DNA of 64,000 bases, taken from Candidatus Pacearchaeota archaeon (GTDB lineage: Archaea; Nanobdellota; Nanobdellia; Pacearchaeales; GW2011-AR1). A model generated the notes under the pieces. It did no database searches and was not told where the DNA came from. It saw only the letters and a list, made by a program, of their open reading frames with translations. The stretch is taken from the NCBI GenBank assembly GCA_050303855.1, contig JBNLCO010000010.1, positions 158,207-222,206 of the forward strand, written 5' to 3'. Of this stretch, positions 37,373-46,042 are shown piece after piece (the first letter of the stretch is position 1; every line of letters begins with the position of its first letter). Position numbers and translations under genes: made by a program.

Positions 37373-38196
37373 CAAGGGTCATAATACCAGCATGGTGCGA
37401 TAAAGAAAGGATCCAAGTAAAGACCATCATCATAATACGTTTCTTCAACGGTTTCAACATAAGTTACGATCTCTTCTTCCTCAAATTCATCGCCATCATC
37501 TTCCTCAGAATTTTCTGCTTCATCGATCTCTTTCTGTTTTGCCATTAAATCCAATCTTAATTGTGTTCCGGCTTCAATTATATTGGTCATTATGTCTTCT
37601 TCTCCAGGGATATTTATTTGATCAAGAATATCATTTGTTTCACAAATCTCTAAGATTTCGTTCCACATCAGATCATTAACAAGATCAAACTCCCAACCTT
37701 CCTTTTCAAGGTCAAACCTTCCTTCAAAAACAAACAGCATAAAAACAACTTCTGTAACAGGAATGGTTTTTCCTTTTTTAGCATTTTGATTTTTATAAGC
37801 GCATACTGCAACCCTTAAGTCCTCCCACTTTTCATCATCAAGATATTTGTTCCACTCTTCTTCTTCCATATCATACCAGGAAGAAAAGGCAAATTCTCCG
37901 GCTTTAGTGTCAACTGCACAATAAAGGTCATAAGTATTAAGATAATCACTATATTTGTCCAGGAAATTTTGTAAAATTTCTCGGCCTTTTTCAGTTGGAA
38001 CATAGTATTTCTTACCTCCAATTGATTCTATTCTGACCGTTTTTTTACCAAGCATATATTCAAACAAAGGTTCGAGATAGGTTTGATTTCCCTCAAAAAC
38101 GATTGGAAAGTATCTCTTTTCCTGTATCATTTCCCGGAGGATAATAGAAGAAGCATATTGCTTCTTCTGTTCATCGGTTAAAACGTATTTTCTCAT
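37363..38196 (-). CDS. hypothetical protein with acidic C-terminal tail, adjacent to pspA (candidate PspA partner)
   Basis: 277 aa. GGAGG SD 8 nt upstream. Ends in an EEDDGDEFEEEE run and ..CWYYDPWYY. Starts 2 nt after the pspA stop. Confidence 0.5.
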   Translation of the reverse strand: MRKYVLTDEQKKQYASSIILREMIQEKRYFPIVFEGNQTYLEPLFEYMLGKKTVRIESIGGKKYYVPTEKGREILQNFLDKYSDYLNTYDLYCAVDTKAGEFAFSSWYDMEEEEWNKYLDDEKWEDLRVAVCAYKNQNAKKGKTIPVTEVVFMLFVFEGRFDLEKEGWEFDLVNDLMWNEILEICETNDILDQINIPGEEDIMTNIIEAGTQLRLDLMAKQKEIDEAENSEEDDGDEFEEEEIVTYVETVEETYYDDGLYLDPFFIAPCWYYDPWYY

Positions 38197-38198
38197 GA

Positions 38199-38906
38199 TT
38201 AATTTCCTCCTTTCATAAAATCATCAAATAACTTATTGTTATCTGTTTTTGAGGGTGTTTTCAGAAACTCATCAATATTGTCTGAAAGGGTTTTCCCTTC
38301 ATCAGCGATTTCGGCATATGCATCTGCTTTTGCCTGTTTTTTATTTACCTTCTCTTTCATACGATCAATTGTTTCCTTGGTTGACGAATTGCCCAGACCA
38401 GATAATTGTTTATTGATTTTAAGTTCTGCATCCGCAACCTTATCATCTGCCTTAAGTTCATCAACACTTTCCTCAGTCCCTTTAATGTCATCACGCATTG
38501 ACCTAATCTTATTTGCCAAGGCTTCTTCTTTGATTTTGATTTTAGCCGCTTTTTCTTTTGTATTTTTGGCTTTATCTTCATAATTTTCTTTCTTATTAAG
38601 GGCTTCAACAATCATGTTTTTAATTAATGATTTTTGAGTTTCATCAGGTTCTCCGTCATACCTTTCTTTAAGTTTGAGTGCTTTCTTATTCCACTCAATA
38701 CTTTTTTCCACATATCCTGAAGCTTCTCCCTCAATACCAATTCTAACCGCCTTAACCTCTGAATGGGTGCCGATTACTTCCTCCAAGTTATCCTTCATAT
38801 CCCGGATTGCTTGTTCGGTAATTTCAACCGGGTCTTCAAGAGCATCTACTGCTTTATTGGCTTTTGCTTTGCCAATAGTCACAATTCTTTTCCAAAGTTT
38901 ACTCAT
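38199..38906 (-). CDS. pspA: PspA/IM30/Vipp1 family protein (ESCRT-III superfamily)
   Basis: N-terminal IVTIGKAKANKAVDALEDPVEITEQAIRDMKDNLEEV aligns with PspA [37 protein letters not shown]. All-helical coiled coil, 235 aa. Confidence 0.7.
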   Translation of the reverse strand: MSKLWKRIVTIGKAKANKAVDALEDPVEITEQAIRDMKDNLEEVIGTHSEVKAVRIGIEGEASGYVEKSIEWNKKALKLKERYDGEPDETQKSLIKNMIVEALNKKENYEDKAKNTKEKAAKIKIKEEALANKIRSMRDDIKGTEESVDELKADDKVADAELKINKQLSGLGNSSTKETIDRMKEKVNKKQAKADAYAEIADEGKTLSDNIDEFLKTPSKTDNNKLFDDFMKGGN

Positions 38907-39000
38907 AATAATAAATTTTATTTGTTTAACATAAATTAATAATTAATCTGGCCCCTAAAAGATACTTAAGATCCAGATTGGAAAATAGTTTTAATTTTAT

Positions 39001-40260
39001 TTAATCTTTGTTTTTCAAACCATTCAATTCCATCTGCAATTGATTTATTGTGCTGTCTTGCTGTTGAACTGCCCTAACAAGAACTGCCACAACCTGGAAG
39101 TAATCCATAACAAGCTCACCTTTTTCATCAACAGAAACTGCTTCGGGTATAACTGTGCGAACATCCTGGGCAATGAACCCGATCAGATTTGTTTCGGGTA
39201 AACCTTCTTCAACAACATGTTCAGAGTCATAATTAAATGAAGCTACATTGAGAGCCAAAATTTCACTAAGACCATATTCCACACAATAGTTAATATTCTC
39301 TTTAGCCGTTGAATCACATTTGCTTCTTGACCTACTTCCACCTCCAGTGCTTCTGCTTCTTGAAGGAGCACTATAGCTTTTTTTAGTAGGTTTCGGAGAA
39401 GTCTTCGGCTTTGGAGTTGTTTTTGATTGATTTGGTTTGTTTGAAGAGGTGTTTGTTGGTTTCTTACTAAAACCACTTGCATCAACCTTTTTATTAGCAT
39501 CGCGTTTTTGGATCTGCTTCTGAGTTTGTGTCTGGCTACCAATTTTTTGATTATTTTTTTTGGCAGTCTGCGTTTTTTGAGCTGTTGATTTAGCTTTACT
39601 TGAAGTGTTATTCCAACTTTTGTTTGTGCTACTTTGGGGCCTGGAAGTTTTTTTGTAAGTTGTGGTTGTTCTTGCGGTCCTTACAACTGAACGAGAACTA
39701 TAAGCTCCAAAACCTACAGAAACATAAGGATTGTAGTAAGAAGGGTAATAGCCATAATAGTAAGGGTTAACATAATGTGCCCGGTAAGGTGAAAACCAAA
39801 AGAAGGTAGATGGATACACATACGGCCGCACATAATAGGCATCTGAGGGGTAATAAGAAGGGTTCCCTGCAATTGTTACTTGTTGGTTTACTTTATCATA
39901 ATTAACACTGCATATATCCGTTTTTCCATCTGCAAGTTGGGCTTCAAAAACAAGCTCGACCACTTGGCCAGAAGAATTATCTCCTTCTCTTACACTGATG
40001 AAATCAACATTCCCATCTTCATCTATATCCAAGTTGTTAATTCCTCCAGATTTGTTAACCTCCCGGATAAGATCTTCGGGATCAGGATATTTTACTACAA
40101 GTTCTCCTAAAGCCTGCAAATCAAAGTTCTGACCTGCAAGAGCTGTTGTTGCAGTAATGTTTACCTGTGGGGCCGGATGAGCCGGTTGTTGCCTTCTGCA
40201 GCCATTAAATGCTACACTTAATGTAAATATTAAAACTAATAAAAAATTAATTCTTTTCAT
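39001..40260 (-). CDS. lipoprotein with Tyr/Pro-rich and Ser/Thr/Lys-rich low-complexity linker and a C-terminal peptidase-S74/tail-fibre intramolecular-chaperone-like domain
   Basis: Lipobox AFNGC. YYxxYY-rich segment. C-terminal GFIAQDVRTVIPEAVSVDEKGELVMDYFQVVAVLVRAVQQQ...INQLQ matches the endosialidase-chaperone (S74) motif G-F-I-A-Q-[DE]-V...V-D-Y. Confidence 0.45.
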   Translation of the reverse strand: MKRINFLLVLIFTLSVAFNGCRRQQPAHPAPQVNITATTALAGQNFDLQALGELVVKYPDPEDLIREVNKSGGINNLDIDEDGNVDFISVREGDNSSGQVVELVFEAQLADGKTDICSVNYDKVNQQVTIAGNPSYYPSDAYYVRPYVYPSTFFWFSPYRAHYVNPYYYGYYPSYYNPYVSVGFGAYSSRSVVRTARTTTTYKKTSRPQSSTNKSWNNTSSKAKSTAQKTQTAKKNNQKIGSQTQTQKQIQKRDANKKVDASGFSKKPTNTSSNKPNQSKTTPKPKTSPKPTKKSYSAPSRSRSTGGGSRSRSKCDSTAKENINYCVEYGLSEILALNVASFNYDSEHVVEEGLPETNLIGFIAQDVRTVIPEAVSVDEKGELVMDYFQVVAVLVRAVQQQDSTINQLQMELNGLKNKD

Positions 40261-40364
40261 GATAAAAAATTTTAATTGTTAATAATAATTGGTCTTAATC
40301 ATAGCGGTCTTAAGGTTAATCTTCTAATATTTCTTCTAATATTAATTGGGATAAAATAATCAGG

Positions 40365-40865
40365 TTAGTCATCACCCCCTCCAAAATCTCCCCCTGAATC
40401 ATAATCTGAGCTTCCGGAATCATAGTCTCCCCCACTTTCTGAAGAAATTCCATCAGAATATCCTGAACGCTTATTTGAGTCTTCCTCTTCGTAGATTTCC
40501 AGATCAAATTCTTCATTTTCAGCTTCAATATCTTCGTTTGAAGTTTCCAAGTTATCCCCGTATTCACTAATTGTTAGGTCAAATTCTTCCTCTGTGCCTT
40601 CCCAAATCATATCATTGCCCTCAACCTCTTCAAACCCAAAATATGAATCAGCACTTTCCATATTTGTAAGAAAAAGGAAGAACAAAGCATTATCTTCAAA
40701 CAAATTTCTAAAATACACATAAGCAAACCCATCTATATCTTCAAAATAATAAAGATTTTCTGCGTGTAAGATATCCAAAATTCGGCAATTTGATATAATT
40801 TTGGAAAGTTTTTTTTGCCTTTTTCTTTTTACATTAATTACTTTGTTTTTGATTTGTTTTTTCAT
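40365..40865 (-). CDS. acidic, C-terminally disordered protein (ends ..GGDYDSGSSDYDSGGDFGGGDD)
   Basis: Basic N-terminus, then Asp/Glu/Gly/Ser-rich low complexity. Lies immediately 3' of the Mpa-like ATPase gene. Confidence 0.5.
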   Translation of the reverse strand: MKKQIKNKVINVKRKRQKKLSKIISNCRILDILHAENLYYFEDIDGFAYVYFRNLFEDNALFFLFLTNMESADSYFGFEEVEGNDMIWEGTEEEFDLTISEYGDNLETSNEDIEAENEEFDLEIYEEEDSNKRSGYSDGISSESGGDYDSGSSDYDSGGDFGGGDD

Positions 40866-40992
40866 TTTTCAAAATTTTAGTTGTTAATACTAAATTAGGT
40901 CTTTTTAGGGTAAATTTGGTATTGTCTTGCAAATAATTTCCCTGTTTAAGGGGAGCGGATGTTAATAATTAAATTCATAATTTTTGATATAA

Positions 40993-42816
40993 TTACTGTT
41001 TAAAACTCCTGGTTATAATTGGTTGTTCAAATTTATGTTCTTCCCTAAACATGTTAAGTGCTTCTGTGTGATTAAGCCCTGTGTTTTCTTCATACAGTTG
41101 AACAAAAGCCTTGACAATATCCTCTTTAGTTAAACCTTCAGGATTATCCATTGAATTATTAAGCTCATTTCGTTCAATGGCAATACTCGTAGCACGATCA
41201 ACTACTCCTTTAATCATGGCCCCATTAAGTATCTGTGGGAGTGCAAAGATTTTTTTCTTTCCTTTTTCTTCAAACTCATAAAACTTGTACTTTTCAGAAA
41301 AAAGTTCTTTCACACAGAAATCGATTAATTCTTTAAGGCCCAACCCTTTTGAAAGAGGTATTTCTTTGAAATGTATTCTAAATATCTCTTTTGAACCGTT
41401 TTTATCAGGCCTTCCTATATTTATTTTCCAGTCAATCCTATTGTCTCTTACAACCGCAGGGTCAATTATATCTGCTCTATTTGTTGCCATGATAACCAAT
41501 GCTCCACTTTCGGTCAAACCATCCATTTCTGCAAGAAGTGCCGGAACAAGGGTGTTCTGGAAGTCAGAACTTATTCCTTTTCCTCGCTCACTAAAAGGTG
41601 CTTCTGCTTCGTCAAAGAAGATTATTGCGGGGAAGCCATATTTCTTTTTATGTTCAGCAGCTCTTCTAAAAACATCTCTTATTATTTCTTCCGGATCGCC
41701 TAACCATTTAGTAAGCATTTCGGGGCCTTTTATGTAAATGAAACAAGAATTAATTGCTTCAGGGTCCTCAATTTTATAGATATCAGCTATAGCCCTTGCA
41801 GAAGCTTTTACAAGTAGTGTTTTTCCGCAACCTGGAGGTCCAAGAAGAAGTATTCCTTTTACAGGCTTCTTATTAAAGAACTTGTAAAGGGCTTTCCTCT
41901 TGTGTGGCCCCTCAATAGCATCTCTCATTCTTTTCTTAGCTTTTTCAAGACCTCCAATATCTTCCCAGGTAACATTAACTTCTTCTGTAAAAGCAAATTT
42001 GTTTTGGGCCTTTCCTATATTTTTTAAGATAAGATTCCTCCCTTCATCTAATACTACGCGGTCGCCTTTTTCTACTTCTTTGCTTTTGTAAACTGAAACA
42101 AGTGAGGAATTAAGAGAAACTATACAGAAATCACCTACAACCTCCCTAACGATTGCAAGATTACCAACAAAATGATGGGGAATAATTTCAATCATTTTAG
42201 CAGATTTTGAAGTAGTTTTTACCAAATCTCCAGGACAAACAAGACCAATAAGATGTTCAGGAACTGTTGTTTCGATTAACCTACCTTCTAAAGAAATAAT
42301 CGCTCTTAAGGGATTTTCTTTTGAATAAGAATCGTTTTTTAATAACAGATCACAAAAACCACCATCTACTTCTGGATGTCCCGAACGACAAGGAAGATTT
42401 TCACCCGGAAACCTCACTCCAACTAACCCTTTACCCAGCTCATCATAAATAATTGTTCCTTCTTTAGAAGTCTTTTCATATAATGGGCTATTTTTATTAA
42501 GTTTCACAGTCTTTCCATTTAAGAAACTTGAATAAGGGGCTTCCACAAATAGATTTTCCTGAGATTTTGTAAACATACGTATTACTCTTGCAATGGCAAA
42601 AGAATTAGAAGTCAAATCAATGTTCTTTTTCTCCAATGCTTCTATTTTTCTATCTCTTTCTTTGAGTTCATTATTGAGATTTAGAATTCTTTCAAAGGTA
42701 TTCTCTCCCCCAGCCTCATGAAATAAATTATTGCTAAGGTCTTTGTTTTTTTTCTGAAGCTCATCAATTCTCTTTAGAAGAGAATTGATGAGCTCATTAG
42801 AATGAATTGTATTCAT
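40993..42816 (-). CDS. Mpa/ARC-like proteasome-associated AAA+ ATPase (coiled coil + OB-like inter-domain + AAA)
   Basis: 607 aa. [19 protein letters not shown] resembles Mpa [56 protein letters not shown] resembles [56 protein letters not shown] resembles FNSGAMIQNVVDRAKKNAI. Walker A [8 protein letters not shown]. N-terminal coiled coil. Confidence 0.6.
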   Translation of the reverse strand: [607 protein letters not shown]

Positions 42817-42849
42817 ATTACTCTAATTAAATTGGTGGATTAATTTGGG

Positions 42850-43737
42850 TTAGTTACTAATGCAATCTTCATGACTCAAATCAAATTCAGCTATTTTTTG
42901 TAAATTTGAAGAATCAAGACCTTTTAACCTTACATCGTGCATAATCTCATTAAACTCTTTTGAATGTTTTATGCTTGCAGGATCATCTGTGGACCAAAAA
43001 GGTATTTTTATATCCTTTACAATTTTGGATCCTTCTTTACCCCCTTCATAATATTGAGATAGAACAATTAATCGAGTTCCCATAAACAGAGCTTCTTCTA
43101 AATCATGAGTCACAAAGAAAATTGTTTGATTCGTTTTAGTCCATAAATCCTTTATGAACAATTGTACTTTCTCTCTGGTACCCACATCAAGGGCTCCTAA
43201 AGGTTCATCCATAAGAAGTATTTCCGGCTTCATGATCATCGATTGAGCAATAGCTGCTCTTTGTCTCTGTCCTCCAGACAATTGTTCGGGGTACTTTTCT
43301 GCATGTTCAAGAAGCCCAAAAGTTTCTAAGTAACTATCTGCCTCTTGTACAAATTCTGAACGTTTTTTCTTATAAAAGAAAGGGAACAATAAGGCTAATA
43401 AATTCTCAATCAGAGAAAAAGACTCCATTCTTAATCCAAAGGTAACATTCATCCTAACAGTCATGAAATCAAATAGAGAATACTTCTGGAATACAACTCC
43501 TCTGACGCGTTGCGGGCGGCGAATACGTTTACCATTCATTTCAACCAATCCTTTTGAGGGTCTTTCGGACCCAAGGATAAGCCTAAGCAAAGTTGATTTT
43601 CCGCAACCAGTAGGGCCAACTATGGAAACAAATTCCCCTTTCCTTATCTTTAAACTAATATCGTTGAGAATAATTTTGTCACCATATTGTTGAAATGCAT
43701 TGTGCAAATTTAAAACATAATTCTTTTCCATAGTCAA
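42850..43737 (-). CDS. ABC transporter ATP-binding protein (NitT/TauT family)
   Basis: GPTGCGKST Walker A, LSGGQRQRAAIA signature, LLMDEPLGALD Walker B. Confidence 0.8.
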   Translation of the reverse strand: MTMEKNYVLNLHNAFQQYGDKIILNDISLKIRKGEFVSIVGPTGCGKSTLLRLILGSERPSKGLVEMNGKRIRRPQRVRGVVFQKYSLFDFMTVRMNVTFGLRMESFSLIENLLALLFPFFYKKKRSEFVQEADSYLETFGLLEHAEKYPEQLSGGQRQRAAIAQSMIMKPEILLMDEPLGALDVGTREKVQLFIKDLWTKTNQTIFFVTHDLEEALFMGTRLIVLSQYYEGGKEGSKIVKDIKIPFWSTDDPASIKHSKEFNEIMHDVRLKGLDSSNLQKIAEFDLSHEDCISN

Positions 43738-43738
43738 A

Positions 43739-44782
43739 TTATTTAATTTTATTACTACCCAATTTTTTTATCCACATACGGAAACTCCAATCCAGGAGAA
43801 ATGCGAGTAAGCTTATCCAAACAACATAAGGGATAATCAAAGCCATATTTAAATATCTTATAACTAGAAAAATCCTATATCCAAGACCAGATTCTGCCCC
43901 AAGAGCCTCTGCTGCAATAAGAAATAAAACTGCAGCCTTAAAATTCAACCGGATAGTATCCATTACTTTCGGTATTATTTGAGGGTAAATCACAAAAAAT
44001 ATTGTTTCAAGTGTGCTTGATTTAAGAGTCATGGATTTAACAATCTGTTCATCAGGAACATCTCTCACTCTTAGAAAAGTATCAAGAATTATTGTTGGAG
44101 CAACACCCATAATAATCAATGCTATTTTAGACTTATCTTCCATACCGAAAATCATGAGAAGTATTGGTAAAATTGCGAGCGTAGGGATTTTATCAAAAAA
44201 TAAAATAAAACGATATAAAAATTTTTCAGCATAACTAAAGGATCCCATAAATAACCCCAATGTAACCCCTCCAAAAATTACAAAAAGCATTGCGATAACA
44301 AACCTTTTTCCGCTTGCAAGCGTGTCTTTAAGAAGCATAGATTCACCCTTAGACAAAACTTGTTTCCGGTATCCATTTCTCCACATATCAATTCTGGAAG
44401 AAAATTCGCCCATCCGAAATGCATCTTTGTCTCTTTGTTTAGCTTCAGCATAAGATTTAGGGTTGTCGTTTTCTACAATATCTCCATTTTCATCATACTC
44501 TTCCTTTATCTCTATTTCAAAGACTGCTCTTCTGAAGGATTCCCACATACGAGAAGGGGTTGGCATAATTTTGTCCATTTTATTCTCTTCGTTCCTCTTA
44601 TGAGATTTACCCACATAAAGATTAATTCCCAAAAGAAAGAGTATAAGAGATAAAAATAAAGAAATTCTAGGTCCAGGTTTAGCCCTCAAATCAAATATAT
44701 GATAGGCCATACCATGAACTTCCTTGAAAAAAAGGATTATCTGTTGAGATATCCAGAAAAAAGGATTTTTATTATTTCTCAT
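43739..44782 (-). CDS. ABC transporter permease (NitT/TauT-type) with long N-terminal extension
   Basis: C-terminal BPD-transport permease fold with about 6 TM helices. Confidence 0.6.
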   Translation of the reverse strand: MRNNKNPFFWISQQIILFFKEVHGMAYHIFDLRAKPGPRISLFLSLILFLLGINLYVGKSHKRNEENKMDKIMPTPSRMWESFRRAVFEIEIKEEYDENGDIVENDNPKSYAEAKQRDKDAFRMGEFSSRIDMWRNGYRKQVLSKGESMLLKDTLASGKRFVIAMLFVIFGGVTLGLFMGSFSYAEKFLYRFILFFDKIPTLAILPILLMIFGMEDKSKIALIIMGVAPTIILDTFLRVRDVPDEQIVKSMTLKSSTLETIFFVIYPQIIPKVMDTIRLNFKAAVLFLIAAEALGAESGLGYRIFLVIRYLNMALIIPYVVWISLLAFLLDWSFRMWIKKLGSNKIK

Positions 44783-44864
44783 AACTTTTTTTTTAATTAT
44801 TTGTAAAAAGAAAGATTACCTCATCAAGGTAATCTTTCATAATAGGTTGCTTTGGAATTATAGC

Positions 44865-45935
44865 TTACTTAAGCTTTCCTTCAGCAGCCATCTGCATATA
44901 TTCTGTACTGAATATGAATAAGATGTTGTTTGTGTTGCCTTGTATTGTTCCATCAGGAAACTTTATTCCAATATCTCCTTTACTTGTTCCTTCTCCAAAT
45001 AAATCATATTTTGAACAAAAATTTCCAACCCTTTCCATTGTTTTTTTAATTTCTGCTCCTTTGGTATAGTTAACAGCATCAACAGGATTATAGAACATTG
45101 CAGTTGTTTTTAATTGATTTTCATATTCAATTAAAGTGGATCCCCCCTCTCTTGCCATTACTTCTTTTGCAGATTTTGCCTGAGCAGAACGAGAAGACAT
45201 GATATTCATTATTTCGTACCATGCACCGGTTAAGGCTTTTGCAAAATCAGGGTTATCTTTAAGAACATCGTTACGTACAAAACACAAATCAAGAATTTCT
45301 CCAGGAATGTCTGCAGAAGAAAAGAAAACATGAGTTCCAGGAACTTTTGCTACATTCATGGCAATAGGATTCCATGTAGTCACATATTTGATTCCTCCTG
45401 TTTTGTACATACCTTCAATTTGCTTTTCGTCTGAAATATTAACAACTTTTACATCATCTATACTTTTTCCTTTTTTATCTAAAAACCTGAAAAACATGTA
45501 GTGAGATACGCTGTACTCCACCATGTAGTTTGGGCTCCTTAATAATTCTTCAAAAGAACTATTGTATCCTTCTACCTTGTCATTACCATTGGAAAAATCA
45601 CCATTGATAATGGCTGTTACGGCTACTCCTGATGCAACAGGAATAGTTAGGGCATCCATATTAGTCATGACACATGCATCAGCATTACCATTTGTAAAGT
45701 TGTTTATGGAAGTTATATAATCCTGTTTAAGAATCTTGATTGTAATCCCATACTTCGCTGCGTGCTTTGCAACAATACCTGATTCAACCCCATAAGCCCA
45801 GGGATTCCATCCTGCGTAAACAGACCATACAAAAGTAAAATCCTTCTTTTTCTGAGCTGAAGAATTTTGAGTGTTAATCACTGTTAAAACTAATGCCAAA
45901 AAGGCAATCACTAAAAATTTAATTGAATTTTTCAT
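44865..45935 (-). CDS. ABC transporter substrate-binding protein (NMT1/SsuA-like), secreted
   Basis: Signal peptide ..NSSAQ, SBP fold. Paralogous to the N-terminal domains of the 48144 and 50563 genes. Confidence 0.6.
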   Translation of the reverse strand: MKNSIKFLVIAFLALVLTVINTQNSSAQKKKDFTFVWSVYAGWNPWAYGVESGIVAKHAAKYGITIKILKQDYITSINNFTNGNADACVMTNMDALTIPVASGVAVTAIINGDFSNGNDKVEGYNSSFEELLRSPNYMVEYSVSHYMFFRFLDKKGKSIDDVKVVNISDEKQIEGMYKTGGIKYVTTWNPIAMNVAKVPGTHVFFSSADIPGEILDLCFVRNDVLKDNPDFAKALTGAWYEIMNIMSSRSAQAKSAKEVMAREGGSTLIEYENQLKTTAMFYNPVDAVNYTKGAEIKKTMERVGNFCSKYDLFGEGTSKGDIGIKFPDGTIQGNTNNILFIFSTEYMQMAAEGKLK

Positions 45936-46042
45936 AATAAAAATTTTTAATTGTTAAACTTAATTTGAGTTTATTTGTTAATTTATTAATAATTTAATTT
46001 ATGGTCCCTACTTCAATTAAGAAGTAGGGCCTGAAAGAGAGA

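Noticed and set aside
40316-40567. 83-aa ORF overlapping the 3' half of the acidic protein gene 40365-40865
   Set aside because: Alternative frame of a low-complexity GA-rich region. The longer ORF with basic N-terminus and upstream motif is preferred.
40365-40865. Calling the acidic neighbour of the Mpa-like ATPase a Pup orthologue
   Set aside because: It is 166 aa rather than about 64, and its C-terminus is GGGDD, not GGQ/GGE. Only compositional similarity exists. Reported as a speculative partner, not annotated as Pup.
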